The notes: generated by a model from the sequence alone, not told the origin. A stretch of 64,000 nt of DNA from Squalus acanthias (GCA_030390025.1 CM059425.1:172112001-172176000); one strand, 5' to 3'. Positions 37,770 to 52,080 are shown, counted from the stretch's first letter. Program-made: numbers and translations.

Positions 37770-37979
37770 ATGGGGTTTGGAAGTGATCTCCGGAATTCCC
37801 ATGAGGCTTTGCTAAAACTGCAGGAATCTGAGCTTAAAGTCTTGGAGACATTGAAGAAGTTTATGTCTCTACGAGTTAAGAGTGACAAGGAATATGCATC
37901 CTTGCTACAGAATATTTGCCAGCAAGTGGAGAAGCATGAAACATCCTCCCCAGTGGATTCTGTTAGCAATGTCTCCAAG
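37770..37979 (+). CDS. fer: FER tyrosine kinase, first coding exon (start of F-BAR/FCH domain); exon probably begins at 37697
   Basis: Translation [55 protein letters not shown]...SNVSK matches the recalled vertebrate FER N-terminus (MGFGSDLKNSHEAVLKLQ...). Acceptor tttttcag ends at 37696; donor AAG|gtaaag at 37979/37980; 210 coding nt, phase 0. Confidence 0.96.
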
Positions 37980-38308
37980 GTAAAGTAGTGATTTTCCTCC
38001 CCCCCCTTTCCCCCATCGGTGATTTAAATTCAGAATATCCCTACCTGTTAGCAGATAAATGTTATGCCACAAGTGAGATGTGCATTACTGATACAAATTG
38101 ATGCGATGGAATTACTCAAAGTGTTATATAGAGTTCATATTTGATACTGTAAGTGGATAATGTAATTCATGTTTCAGAATGGCAAGGAATGAATGTAGGT
38201 GCATGCATTTAATCAAGAGTGTATGATGCTTTGTGATGCAAATATGGTGTTCTGACTTGCCTGCTCAGTTCCGGCCTTTCAGGACTGTCTTTCATTCTTG
38301 CTTTGCAG

Positions 38309-38482
38309 TCTTGGGCCTGTATGGTACATCAGACAGAACAGTTGAGCAGGATAATGAAGACACATGCAGAAGACCTAAATGTGGGACCCTTGTACAGATT
38401 GACCATGATGATCAAAGATAAGCAGCAAGTGAAGAAAAGCTATCAGAGTATGCAACAACACATGGAAGCTGAAATGTGCAAG
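38309..38482 (+). CDS. fer: FER coding exon 2 (F-BAR)
   Basis: ctttgcag|TCT TGG; [58 protein letters not shown]; AAG|gtagtt; 174 nt, phase 0/0, in frame with the previous exon. Confidence 0.96.
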
Positions 38483-38799
38483 GTAGTTCAAAGACCAGAC
38501 TGTGAGGTGGTACTTGGGTACACGTTTCGTCCTTGCATTCAATCTGTTATGTTGCTGATCGTGGATTCTGAGTGGATGCCATTTACCGCCTTTTAACTGC
38601 GAGTTGGACTGCTATCGTGCTCTTCATGGGAGCTGGTTTTGAGCAGCATCGGTAGAGGCCCAGGAGCAGGTTGCTTGCTGATCCTCTTGCCACATTATTG
38701 TGTGGCCAAAAAAGATAAGGTGGTTGGAAAGTAAATAACATGGTCAGAGCCACCTGAACTTGCCCTATCCTAACCAAACACACGACTGCCCACTTGACC

Positions 38800-41700
38800 T
38801 TCTCATCATGTTTGGTGTTCTTCAATTATCAGGGCTTTCTCCGATTGCTTCCTCGTCTTCCTTTCTCCTGCATATCCCCCCCACTCTTTCTTGTATGCCT
38901 TCTCGCTTTGCCCCAACTCTGATCCACCACCTGGATTGACATCAACATATTTGTCAATCTCAAATAACTGCTCTCCTTGCTTAGATCCCCTTGTCTCCAC
39001 TAGATCTCCAGACATTCTCCCATTCCGACCGCTACCTCCTTGGCCTTGAATCTGTTGATTATAAACTCTGGTCTACATGGCAATTGATTGGCCTGGTTAT
39101 CTATTGCAAATATGACTCCACCTCCTTGAACTCTTCTGTTGCTTTGTTCCCATGACCAACTCCTTTTACTACGCTACGGTATGATCATCCTTTTCTGCCC
39201 AACTGTTTCCTCTGACTACTTTGACTGCACCCTCCATCCTCACCTCAGACACCAATGTGGCAAGCTCATGGAATATAATATGTCCAAAAGAGAGGGCAGC
39301 TGCTCTGGTTCTGCTTTCTTTGACCTCCTTTCCCTTCCCACCTGTTCACTCCTCCTCCAGGCCACCTGGTCTTAATCCATAGTAGCTCCTTCATCTCCTG
39401 TTTAATAGATTTACTTTGTCCATGGAGCCCCCTTTCCATTCTTGCTCTTGGTCACTAAGTTTCCCTTCTCAGTCCAATGATTTATCAACATAACCAACTT
39501 GTCCCTGTTCCCCAGCTTGGTTCCTGTATCTTTCAAAACTACTTTGGTGCTTCTTCTCAAAATCACCTACTTTCAAGTCCTCCATAATTTCCAGCTACTG
39601 CCCCATCTCCAAACTTGCCTTTCTTTGTAAAAACATGGACCATGTTACCTTGAATCCACCACGCACTCTAAGTCCTCCCTTGGGGTTCTGCCTGCCCACA
39701 GCACCAAGGCCACACTGGTTAAAATCATCAGAGATTTTTTTGTAACTGTGACCATGCCTCATTGTCACTTCTCATCTCATCTACCCCAACCTCTCCAGTG
39801 CCTTTGACAAAGTTGATCAGTCCATCCTCCCTATGTGTTTTTTCTCTACAGCCCCTCTCCATGGCTCTGCTTTCTTCTGGATTTGCACTTGGCTGTTGTA
39901 CATTAGACCTTACCTTGCCTGCAGTTGGTTCTCCTCCCATGCCCCAAATCACTTCTGGCACCCCTCAACTTCATCTTTTACATGCTACCTATTGACAATA
40001 TTATGTGGAAACATGAGGTCAGCTTTCACGTCTGTTAATGACACCCTACTTTATCTCTGTCCGTGATCTCTTATTGATTATCCAACCATAAGATCTGGAT
40101 GAGTCAAAGCTACTTTTTGTCCAGTGTTGGCAAAACTGAAGCCATGCACTTTGCCTCTAATGCACCTTTGGTTTCAACTCCATCAACCTCCCTTGGGTTC
40201 AATAAGGGTGCAGTACCTTGGTGTACTGCTTGATCTTGAGCTTAGCTTCCTCTCCTGCATCTGATCCACCACCAAGATTATGTGTATTAATTTACAGAAC
40301 CTTGTCTGTCTTTCCCTCCCACACCATGAAATTTAATCTGTGTGCATTTTGCTGCCACGCAGGGCCCAAGCCCATTACTTCTATCTGCCTTTTTCTGCCT
40401 CTTGGGCCATTCTCTCCTGTCACTCAGTCATGCCACTTTGTATTTCTCCCATCTTGCTTACTTTACACAACCCTCAATCCAGGCTTGAAACCTCATTGGA
40501 TAAGCTACCCTCTTGTGCCTCTCATCCTCCACCCAAAAGCCCAACGAGGCACCTGTTGCTGCCTTCTTACAAGCAGCAACACCATCCTCCCTTCTCTTGA
40601 CCTAATCACCCAGCCAGCTAATTGTAGCAACCTCCTTCCCACCCACCACTACTCCTTTGGACTTTGCCAACAGATAAACAATCACTGTCCTTCTTTGTGT
40701 TCCCTCCGGAATGTCTGTTCTCTCTCAAACAAGGCACTTGCCTCTCCTGTCCTCTCTCCAACCTCGCCCTTCATTTAAACTCTTCTACCCTTATTCGTGA
40801 CCACCTCTTGACCTTACCATCTCTCTTAGCCTCTTTGCATCCATGGTCATGATCACAGAGAAGGCCATCTCTGACCACTTCCTTGTATCCCTCACCACTC
40901 ACAACCCCCTACTGTGCTTCCATCCTCACTTCTTTCTGTATCTGCCTCTGAAAAAAGCACTTCCCCCAAGTCACTTACCATTACATTTGCAAGTTGCCTA
41001 ACCTTTGGCCCTCCATTTGCCAAGATACTACTTCAGCTATCCATCTGCTCAACCACTCCCTCACCTCCATCTTTGACGCTCTTGTCCCCACCTTGATTGT
41101 TCCCACCAGTATGGCCCCCATCTTCAGTCCCTCAAGTCCAAGGGGCACAGAAAGGTTTAGCAGGGCCACATCAAGAGCTGTTGAGCATCTCTGCTCTGCC
41201 AAAAACACTCACCACTCCAAGATCATCTGGAAAACAAATATAACCCTAGATTCTTTGCTCCACTACCAAATATCTCCTTAAAGCCCTCCACCCCCCAGCC
41301 CCTTCCACCCTCGCCTCCAACAAGCGTGAGTTCATGGACTTCATTGTCGCTAAGATTGAGATGTTCATGGACTTATTTGTCACTAAGATTGAGACAATCT
41401 GTTCATCTGCCACTGTTGCTTCTTCCCTTCCCCTTGACCCCTCAGCCAAACCTGCTCTTAGGTTCCCTCCTGCACTATTTCTGAAACTACGTCTTTCTTT
41501 ACTTTCTCTATCTCCCTTTATGCCCTCTCCAAACCCAAATTCTCACCTTACTCCTTTGACCCCATTCCCACTAAACTGCTGACCACCCATCTTCCCTTTC
41601 TGGCCTCCTTGCGAGTTGATACTCTAGATGGTTCCCTATTTTCAGTATTGCCCCCCCTCCCTTTCAAATCCCCAATCACTGCCCCCTTCCTCAAAAAAAC

Positions 41701-41830
41701 CCACCCTCAACACCTCTGTCCTTGCAATTTCACAGTTTCTGCCCTTGGCACTGATTCCATCCCTCCCCTACCACTGCCCCCAGTTGAACCAGATTATTCA
41801 CAACCTCAGCATCCGATTCAATATTGAACT
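38800..41830 (+). mobile_element. Cluster of highly decayed L2 fragments
   Basis: Pyrimidine-rich L2-like text: cacagcaccaagg...ttaaaatc, gcctttgaca, tctgaccacttcc, ttcattgtcgctaagattgag. Confidence 0.6.
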
Positions 41831-44139
41831 GAGCATCCAACCTCATTTCAATGAATTTTATTAGTTACAAAATTGAAAATCAGTGAATATGTTACATTGC
41901 TGTTGAAAGTTGTCATTCTTGTACTGTACTTACAATGTGAAATGACCAACATATTTTCAGATTAGGCAGTGCTAAATCTGAGTTAACTGTGGTAAATATT
42001 CATAAAAAGAAGGCTGCTTATTGTGATTATTTTTAAGATGTAAATTTAACGCAGGAATCAGTGATCTGAGACCTGTATCTCTTAGACTTACAGTTACTCT
42101 TGAGTTAGTCAGGAAGGATGTGGTTTTACAGATTAAGGTTTCTATTGTCCAATATTAAGTTAGTCTTGCACAGTGCTTGTTTTCATATCCAGCAAGCAGG
42201 CGAAGTGTACAACACCATTTCAATTGTTGAGAAATGATAGAATGTTTTTGAATAGTTTGTGGTCACTGCAGGGTTGGGGGGAAAAGCAACCAGTCCTTGT
42301 TTCAGTCTTGTACGTAACAAGTGAATTTGGTTTCACATCAGCATAAAATATGCAGCTTGACTGTTGTGTGAAGTCACCCAGAATTAACTTTGGCAATTGA
42401 TGAGACAACTTCACATAACCAATCTAGTATCTATGTAGCAAACTTATAAAAAGTTCCTTTGGGGTCCAACTGACTGCCTTGGGTCTTTTAACACTGAATT
42501 TTTAATATGTATTTATTAATGTCAAGGCAACCACTCTTGCCCTTCCACTGGCATTCAGTTCTTGAGTCCATGTCAGGATCAAGGCTGTGATGAGGCCTGG
42601 AGCCAAGTGGTTCTAGTGGAACCAATGCGGAGTGTCGATGAGCAGGTTACTGGTGAGTGAGTCAGTGTTGCTTGATGGCTTGTTGATGACTCCTTCAGCT
42701 GTTTTATTGATGTTTGGGAGGAAGCTTTAAACAGTAATTGGGTAAGATTTGTCTTTTCTTTTGTGGATAGGACCTAGCTGGGCAATCATTTACATTGTCA
42801 GGTGGATGCCAGTGTCAGCTGCACTAAAATAGCTTGGCTAGATGAGCGGCTGGCTTCAGTGGACAGATTTTCAGCACTCCGGCAGGCGTGCATGTTCTCG
42901 GGGTCCATAACCTTTGTTGCGTCTTGTGTACTTCGCCCCTTTTTCACTTGTGCACAGAGTTTGCTGTTTTACTCAACATCTCTGAGCACTTCGGGATGTT
43001 TTTCTGTAATGAATTTGGTGTTAGGCTTGTTCTGTGCTATATAAATGCAAGTTGTTGTTTCTCTGGTGGTCTATGATGTGGCAAGGATCAACCAGGGGGA
43101 AAAGCCCCAGCCTTCAGCTGCGCACACATCCCTGCTGCTGACGACTATCCTACCTCAGCCACTACTGTTTCATCTTTATAAATTAAGCAACCCCCTCCTT
43201 TATGGCCCAATTTATCTTTACAAACAACCATATAACCTTTCAATTGCATTTCCGACCAATTACCTATCAGACCAGGTTTCAGAAATACGAGTTGAATTAA
43301 ATGCTCATGGGAATCATTGCCTATAATTCTAGAATTTTATTTCTAATACTTTTAGGATTGGTATAAAAACATTTCAAGGAATTCCATGCATGCTTTATAT
43401 TGTTCACCCTGTGTAAATTCTCTTGTTCCTTTTACAATTGAAATTAATTTGCATCAGCTGCCCTACCATTTTCAGATTGTCTTTTACCACAAGTCTATTG
43501 TGAACTCCAGCCATTCTGAAATATTTGTCCTCCAGTTAACTTCATCACAAACTTTTCTTTTTTACTCCGTATTTGGCCAGTCATTAAAACTAATGATCCC
43601 ATTGTTCCTATCCGGTGTAAGTCAATAACCAGCAACAATCACTAATGTAGCATGCTATCCTCCGATTTGCTGAACTTTCTCTAGTAATTGTACAAAAACA
43701 GGGCATTGCCTTCCCAACCATTATATAATTTGTACCAACTGTAAAGCAAATATATATTCCCTATTTCCCTTCGTAAAACCATCTACTGTTCCCTCTCTGT
43801 CATTGACCATAGTCTCAGGAAAACACGCAACTTTACTATGGTAAGACTTCCCTGTGCACATTACTATCGGTGGATGTCACAATAGAATCTCCAAAATAAT
43901 ACGCCTTCTAATTTTGGTCTTTTTGGAGGTTGCAGTTTTTACAACTCTGTCCTCTGAGTTTGTGAATGGATATTCAAGTGGTCGAGACATCACATAACTG
44001 TTGTGAAGCTGGCGTGGATGGTCAAAACCAGGGAGCTAATCTATTGCATCTGTCACTAAATAGGCATTGGCTATATTTGAAGATTATTGTTGCCACCTAG
44101 TATGTCCTCTGGAGGTGACAACTCGGTTTCTTGGAGGAA

Positions 44140-44600
44140 TAAAAGAAAGACTTGCATTTATCTAGTGCCTTTCATGATCTCTGGGCACCTCAAAGCGCAT
44201 TATAGCCAATGAAATACTTTTGAAGTGTAGTCACTGTTGTAATGTAGGTAATGCGGCAGCCAGTTTGCGCACAGCAAGCTCCCACAAACAGCAATGTGAT
44301 AATGACTAGATAATCTGTTTTAGTGATGTTGATTGAGGGATTAATATTGGCCAGGACTCCAGGGATAACTCCAATGATCTTGTTTGAAATAGTGCCATAG
44401 GATCTTTTACATAACCCAAGGCCGCATCTGCCCCCTCAGGTGTAACATTTCAATAGAAAGACGGCACCTCCAACAGTGCAGCACTCCCTCAGTGTGCTGG
44501 AGTGTCGGCCTAGGTTTTTGTGCTCAATTCTCTGGAGTGGGACTTGAACCCACAACCTTCTGACTCCGAGGTGAGAATACTACCAACTGACCCATGGCTG
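44140..44600 (-). mobile_element. tRNA-derived SINE, same family as 7970-8432
   Basis: High similarity along its whole length to 7970-8432; B box ggttcaagtccc on -. Confidence 0.88.
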
Positions 44601-44608
44601 AAAGGGTC

Positions 44609-44880
44609 AGTCCTGTGAGAGAAGAACTGAGCCATACCAGGAAGCAATATTCTGATACAGAATAACATAAGCCAGTTGTCCAGTCTGGGTGATTTGAGCT
44701 AAGACGGTGGCTCAGTGGATTAAATAGCTCTTTAAACAGGGGGTAGATGTGGCATGTCTTGCACCTTAAGTTTCACCTTGCATCTGCATGGTTTCATTCA
44801 GCTAAGTGTCCACTAGTCCTGTGCGTGAAGAGCTGAGCCACACCAGGGAACAATACTCTGCTGCAGAATAACATAAGCCA
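44609..44880 (+). repeat. Two ~66-bp imperfect direct repeats (44609-44674, 44815-44880)
   Basis: agtcctgtg...gaagaactgagccataccagg...cagaataacataagcca repeated with a 206-bp period. Confidence 0.85.
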
Positions 44881-47222
44881 AGCCCAGAGTTTCTTGGTGT
44901 CTGTGTATTGCCTTCCTAGTTTAAACCACTGAATTTGCTGATCAAGTTAAAGGTATTCATACTGTAGTCATTGGACTGGAGCCTTTCTCCCTTCGTGGTA
45001 TTCTTCAGGGTGGTCATAACTGAGTACTGACTCCAGGAACAACCTATCTCCGTTCGATAGTACTTGGTTGCAGCAACACTGGAATCTGCAGTCTTGCAAC
45101 CCAGTGACGAGACTCCATTCAAGCAGTCGGTCTCCGACTTTTTTCTTTTTTTCTCTCTCCCTTTCTTTTACTTAAAGCTTCCCCCTCTTCATTGCAGATT
45201 TGAATTTAAATATAGTGTAGAACATGGAGATTAGAATAACAGCTGCTACTTGGCCATGATCTAGTATTCTGGGACTATAGAATTGGATTTAGTGCACAGA
45301 TGATGCGCTTCAAGTGTTCAGGATCCATTCGGGCTATTGGATTCTGGTCAGATTTTCTTTTTCTGTGCTAGCTAGCTAGTCTGATTTTCTGCCCATTCCC
45401 CTTTTTAATAGGTGGAAAATTGTATGCCGTTGAGTGTTGAAATGGAAAACCCCAGCCAGTATTTCTGTGATGGTTTACTTCAACTTTCTCCCTTTCTTAG
45501 TGGGCAGTTAGCCACATTTCTGCAAAACCTCCAGATGTTCTGTTGAATCTTCTTTGGGAGAGCGCTGAGGAATTATTCAAATATAATTATGATTGCATGA
45601 TTGAGGGGGATGTTTGAAGGAGATGTCAGCAAACCCCCCCCCCCCTCCCCCAACCCCCAACAAAAAAAAACACTCCCAGTGGATTAGATACACATTCTAA
45701 AGCTGCACCACAGACTCAATTGTGTCAAGGTAATTGCTAAGTGAGAACTGGACTTCCCCTTGACAGTGAATGTTGAGTGTCTGATTTACATCACCAGTGT
45801 GCATTATGAACAGTGTGGTGACAAAGTGAGTCGGCTTCTACTTGTATATTCGAATGACAGTATATTTATCTTTTTTTGCTATGGCTTCAGATTAGTGCTG
45901 ATGGTTAAACACTGCATGATTGAACAAGAGGTTATAAAGCTAAATGGATTGGAATGACTGCCAGTGGTCGTCATTATTTCTATCTGCTCGTGATCTATAA
46001 AGGTAGAATGAACTTCCTATTTCACAAGCTAAAGCAATTTTAAAATCATTTAATCCACAAGGCCTTAACAAGTCCAGGATTACAAAAGATTTCTGATGGG
46101 CAACAAAAGCCAGCTGAGATCTTCCGTTCTTTGAAATGTTAAGGCTTGATAGCCTGTCGTACATATCCAAACATCTAGTGACAGATCAGTGTCTTATGTT
46201 TTTCAAAAAAAAAATTCCCATTTTTGTAGAAAATAAATTAATTCCTAACTGATCTTGCTAAAACATTTTAATTTAAGTACAAAACTTGTCTAAACTATTC
46301 CAGTGGTAGCCTTACCTGGATAACGTCTAGTTTTAGAGCACTGTGTAATGTATTTTTTTGTAACCTAATGCACCAGTTTATTTCTACTGAATATTGTCTT
46401 GGGGCGCTAAGTGCAGAATGACTGGATGGCATGGGGTTTCTTTCGGATAATAGACAACATTGCTTTGGTGTTGTTACTGCACTCGGTCTCATGACTTGAT
46501 GCTGTTGGGCTGTGCTCACCTGGTTTTAATTTCTTGGAGTCATCAGGGGAGTTCAATGGCTTTTGTTTGTCTCTGCCATCTGTTGTTACGTGGGCTGGAG
46601 TAGGATCGAGACTGTGCAGATGTTTCTGATCATCTTTTGTCACTTGCCAATATTTTGGGTAGAATATATGCTGTTGATGTATATTAGTTAGTATCGCCAG
46701 ATACGATTGCTCTTGCCTATTGTTAGGGACAGTTTTTTATTCTGATCAATTTTTGATGCAGAGAAGAGTGAATCCAAATGGCCTCATAAAATAGATTTGC
46801 TCCAGTACAGCATGGCCACTAATTTTGAGTTCTTACAACCATCAGTGGTTGTGAGGTGAAGATATACAGCCCTGGAAGTTGGTAGGTTTGATCCCTAGTC
46901 TGATTTAAGTAGTGTCCTGTTGAATTGGATTGAGAATCCACAGAGGACCAGTGTTCTCAAATTTGATGAGCACCAAGATGGCAAGCCCAGAATAAGGCAC
47001 GTTATTTGGAAAATGGGGCAATCCCACAGTTATTCGGCTTTTTTGGGGTGTGGGGAAAGTCTGAGGTGAAATGTGAAACACTTTTATCTGTGCTGCACCT
47101 AATAAGGAATTTAAATTTGTCAAAAGTGGAAGCGTTTTTGGTCGTTTCAGCATTACAGAATTATAGCTGATGCATACAAATCTTCCAACTTTTCACTGGA
47201 ACATTTTGTTAATTGTATTTAG

Positions 47223-47322
47223 GTAACGAAGACTGAACTTGAAAAGCTGAAGTCTGCCTACAGGCAGTTAGCAAAAGAAGCCACCACTGCCAAGGAAAAA
47301 TATAAAGAAGCCATTTCAAAAG
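47223..47322 (+). CDS. fer: FER coding exon 3 (F-BAR); too short for the ORF track
   Basis: gtatttag|GTA ACG AAG; [33 protein letters not shown]+G; AAG|gtaact; 100 nt, phase 0/1. Matches recalled [19 protein letters not shown]...KEKYKEA. Confidence 0.95.
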
Positions 47323-50300
47323 GTAACTTTAAAATATGAAACTGTTGCAGGACTTAAAAAAAAAAAATCATTACTGCTTTGACCTTTACAATTTTTCAGT
47401 TTTTTTTGTAAAAGTGAAAAGGCATTGAGTTTGTTGTTCGGCTAGTTCTGTAATGGAAAATACACAATCATTTTAAGGGATACTATGTTCATCATTTGAA
47501 GACACAGGCTATTGGGAATAGTTGGCATGGTTTTGAAAGCAAATTGGCAAATACCTTGTAAATCTGCTGGATTTTTTTTGAGAAAACAACTATAACAGTG
47601 GACAAATGTTATTCAGTAGATTTCTTGGAATTTTGCAAGACATTTGATTTTGATATGTAAAACTTTTGAAGAAGGCAAAAACGCATGATATTAAATTAAT
47701 GGCACATTAGCTGCTGGATTGCAAGCTGGCTTGTCAACGCAAAGCAAGAGGAGCTATTAAATGGAAAAGATGCAGTGGTCTATTGTGGATACATGTTCAA
47801 TTGATTCATAAAGGCTTTGGAAGGTATTACTTCCCTAACGTGTATTACAAATGCTACATTGTTACTCCGAATGCCACACCTGTTTGCATTTATTACAGTT
47901 ATAAATTCTTGGTATCTCTGCCCTGTACACAAAGTGACCAGCACATTCCAATTTGCAAAATTCTCTGACGAAACAACTACACTCTGATTAACTCAACTTT
48001 GTTTATTTAACAATATGGGCATTGTGGTTGCAACTCAACAGAAATAATAAATTGTGCATTACATGGTATAACACTCCTGTCCTTATAAAACAGTATCATC
48101 TGGTTTACTGTGAGCAAAGCCATCAGAGATGCATTAATATTGATCAATTTGGCCACTGATTTACACTTTGAGCAGGCAGCAGGGAATGCAAAATAGTTTT
48201 ATGACATTGAATAGGATGTGACCCAATTAAATGATTATTATAAGGAACTGCTAAATGTAAGGTGTTGGAATTTGCAACTTGCAACAGGACACGCCATGAA
48301 TTATTAATTTTGAAAGAATTTGGATGTAATTTACAAAAAATGTACAGCCACTGTGAAACTTGACAACAGACTACTAGAATTCTAGAGTGCTTCTTCGGGG
48401 CGTTGGATTATAAGATTGAAACAACAGGTTATTTTAACCCTGTATCATTCAGTGGTATGGCCACATATAAAATATGTTCAATTTTGGCCGAACCTTGAAC
48501 AGAACAATGAACTGGAGATAGATCAGGATGATTCTGGTCCTTGTGAATTTTGTCTTGGAAAAACCGACAAAAAAAATGTGTTTCTGTTTGAGAATACAAG
48601 ATTCAAATGGCATTGCTGGCTTTAAAGTATTGATGATGTAGGTGTAAAGACGTTTGCAGTAAGTGCCTGCATCTTGAACTTCAGCTCAGAGTTTTTGAGC
48701 TGGAGTCTGAGGTGCAGATATTGCAGGGCATCAGGGATGGGGAGAGTTCCCTGGACACTTTGATCCAGGAGGCAGTCAGTGGTTAGGTAGTGGTTCAGGT
48801 CTGGTTCGTGGTCAGGGACAGGAGGGTGTGACTGCAACTCAGGCAGGTAAGGGGACCACAGGTGCAGTGCTGAAGGTGCCTCAGCCTTTGCCCTTGTCCA
48901 ACAGGTATGAGGTTCTTGCTGCATATGTGGATGAGGGAAAAGCCTGCAGGATGGATGAGCAAGCTCACCATGGTGCAGGAGGCCGTTCAAGTGGGGGGAG
49001 TGAAAGGGAATGTAGTTGTGGTAGGGGACCGTATAGTCTGGGATAGATACTGTTCTCTACAGCCGCGACCGAGAGTTCCGAAGGTTGTGTTGCCTGCCTG
49101 GTGCCAGGGTTAAAGTCTTCTCCTTACGGCTGGAGAAGCTTGGAGCGGGAGGATCCAGTTGTCGTGGTCCACATAGGAACCAACGACATAGGTAGAACTA
49201 GGAATGAGGTTCTGCTTAGGGAGTTTGAGAAGTTAGGATCCAAATTAAAAAGCAGAACCTCAAAGGTAATAATCTCTGGATTGTTACCTGAGCCACGCGC
49301 CAATTGGCATAGGGACAAACAGATTAGAGGTTTAAATGTGTGGCTGAAAGAGTGGTGTGGGAGGAAGGGTTTCAGTTCATGGGGTACTGGGGAAAGAGGG
49401 AGCTATTCTGTTGGGAAGGGCTCCACTTAAACCGGGTTGGGACCAGTGTCCTGGGGAACCGAATAACTAGGGCAGTAGACAGGGCTTCAAACTAATGAAG
49501 TGGGGTGGGAGGCTTCAGGAAAGAGTAAATTTAAAAAGTGAGAAAACTGTCGAGGCTCGAGAGTAGAGTTTTGGGTAAAAATAAGCAGAGTGGGTCAGGA
49601 AGGGACAGAGTAACAAGGCATCAGTGACTAAGGTGACATCAGGGGAAAAATAGAAATAAGTCAAAGCCAAAGGCGTTATATCTGAATGCACGAAGTATTC
49701 ACAACAAAATAGATGAATTAATAGCGCAGATAGAAATTAACAGGTTTGATCTAATAGCAATAACTAAGATGTGGGTGCAAAGTGGCCAAGGTTGGGAACT
49801 AAATATTCCAGGATACTTAACTTTTAGAAGAGATAGGCAAAATGGAAAAGGAGGAGGGGTAGCCCTGATAAAGGATGGGATAAAGACAGTAGAGAGGACC
49901 TTGGCTCCGAAAATCAAGAAGTTCAATCAGTTTGGGTGGAGCTGAGAAACAGCAAGAGGCAGAAAACATTGTTGGGAGTTGTTTATAGGCCCCCAAACAG
50001 TAGTTGTAATGTAGGGCAGAGTATAAATCAGGAAATTGGAGGCGCATGTAACAAGGCTAATACAGTAATCATGAGGGACTTTAATTTACATTTGGACTGG
50101 GCAAACCAAACTTGCAGAAATAGTGTGGAGGACAAATTCATGGAATGTTTGCAAGATAGTTTTCTATATCAGTATGTTGAGGAACCAACCAGGGAACAGG
50201 CAATTTTAGATATAGTATTGTGCAATGAGAAAGGGTTAATTAATAACCTTGTAGTAAAGGGGCCTTTCGTGAAGAGTGACCATAATATGATAGAATTTTA

Positions 50301-51005
50301 TATTGAGTTCGAAAGTGATTTAGTTAAATCCGAAACTAGGGTCTTGAGTGAAAACAAAGCAAACTACGTAGGTATGAGGGGCGAGTTGGCTAAGGCAGAT
50401 TGGAAAACTACATTAAAAGGTATGATGGTAGACAAGCAATGGCTAGCATTTAAAGAATTAATACATAATTTACAACAAATATACATTCCTTTTAAGGCAC
50501 AAAAACCCCATAGGAAAAGTGGTCCAACCGTGGCGAACGACAAGTTAAAGATAGTATTTGATCAAAGGAAGAGGCTTATAATGTTGCCAAAAAGAGTAGC
50601 AAACCTGGGGATTTTAGAATTCAGCAAAGGAGGACCAAGAAATTGATGAAGAAAGGGAATGAAAATAGAATGAGAGTAAACTAGCGAGAGACATAAAAAC
50701 AGACTGTAAAAGCTTCGATAGTTATATAAAAAGGAAAAGATTAGCGAAAAGTAAATGTGGGTCCCTTACAGGCTGAGACAGGAGAAATGATAATGGGGAA
50801 TAAGGAAATGGCAGAGAAATTAAACAAATACTATGGGCTCTATTTTAATAGCCCTGAGGGGGCGGGTTTGGAGGCGGGTTAGCTGCGAAAATCGGGAAAA
50901 AATGGCTTCAGGCACCCAACCCGCCCCCATGCGATTATCGTGAGTGTCTGTTCAGCTGCTTCCAAACTGACCCGACTCCAGTTTGGGACAGGTAGTTAAG
51001 GCAGG

Positions 51006-52080
51006 TTTTTTTTTGTTTATGGGATGTGGGCGTCGCTGGCAAGGCCAGCATTTATTGCCCCATCCCTAATTGCCCTTGAGAAGGTGGTGATGAGCCGCCG
51101 CCTTGAACCGCTGCAGTCCATGTGGTGAAGGTACTCCCACAGTGCTGTTGGGGAGTTCCAGGATTTTGACCCAGCGACGATGAAGGATCGGCGATATACT
51201 TCTAAGTCAGGATGCTGTGTGACTTGGAGGGGAACTTGGAGGTGGTGGTGTTCCCATACGCCTGCTGCCCTTGTCCTTCTAGGTAGAAGAGGTCGCGGGT
51301 TTGGGCGGTGCTGCTGAAGAAGCCTTGGCGAGTTGCTGCAGTGCATCTTGTAGATAGTACACACTGCAGCCACGGTACACCGGTGGTGGAGGGAGTGAAT
51401 GTTTAAGGTAGTGGATGGGGTGCCAATCAAGCGGGTTGCTTTGTCCTGGATGGTGTTGAGCTTCTTGAGTGTTGTTGGAGCTGCACTCATCCAGGCAAGT
51501 GGAGAGTATTCCATCACACTCCTTACTGTGCCTTGTAGATGGTAGAAAGGCTTTGGGGAGTCAGGAGGTAAGACACTTGCCGCAGAATACCTAGCCTTTG
51601 ACCTGCTCTTGTTGCCGCAGTATTGATGTGGATGGTCCAGTTAAGTTTATGGTCTATGGTGACACCCCCAGGATATTGATGGTGGGGGATTCAGTGATGG
51701 TAATACTATTGAATGTCAAGGGGTGGTGATTAGACTCTCGTTTGTTGGAGCTAGTCATTGCCTGGTACTTCTGTGGTGCGAATGTTACCTGCCATTTATC
51801 AGCCCAAGCCTTAGAAGTCGTCCAGGTCTTGTTGCATGCGGGCATGGACTGCTTCATTATCTGAGGGGTTGTGAATGGCACTGAACACTGTGCAGTCATC
51901 AGTGAACATCCCCATTTCTGACCTTATGTTGGAGGGAAGGTCATTGATGAAGCAGCTGAAGATGGTTGGGCCTGGGACACTGCCCTGAGGAACTCCTGCA
52001 GGCAATGTCCTGGGGCTGTGATGATTGACCTTCAACCACCACAACCATCTTCCTTTGTGCGAGGTATGACTCCAGCCAGT
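51006..52080 (-). mobile_element. 5'-truncated second-family LINE nested in the Harbinger
   Basis: [39 protein letters not shown]; near-identical to 25735-26810. Confidence 0.92.

Noticed and set aside
40218-40778. 186-aa ORF as a gene
   Set aside because: Low-complexity L/P/S-rich translation of pyrimidine-rich decayed L2 sequence, with no recognisable domain.
44609-44880. CRISPR-like repeat-spacer array
   Set aside because: Only two diverged 66-bp units, eukaryotic context, no cas genes.
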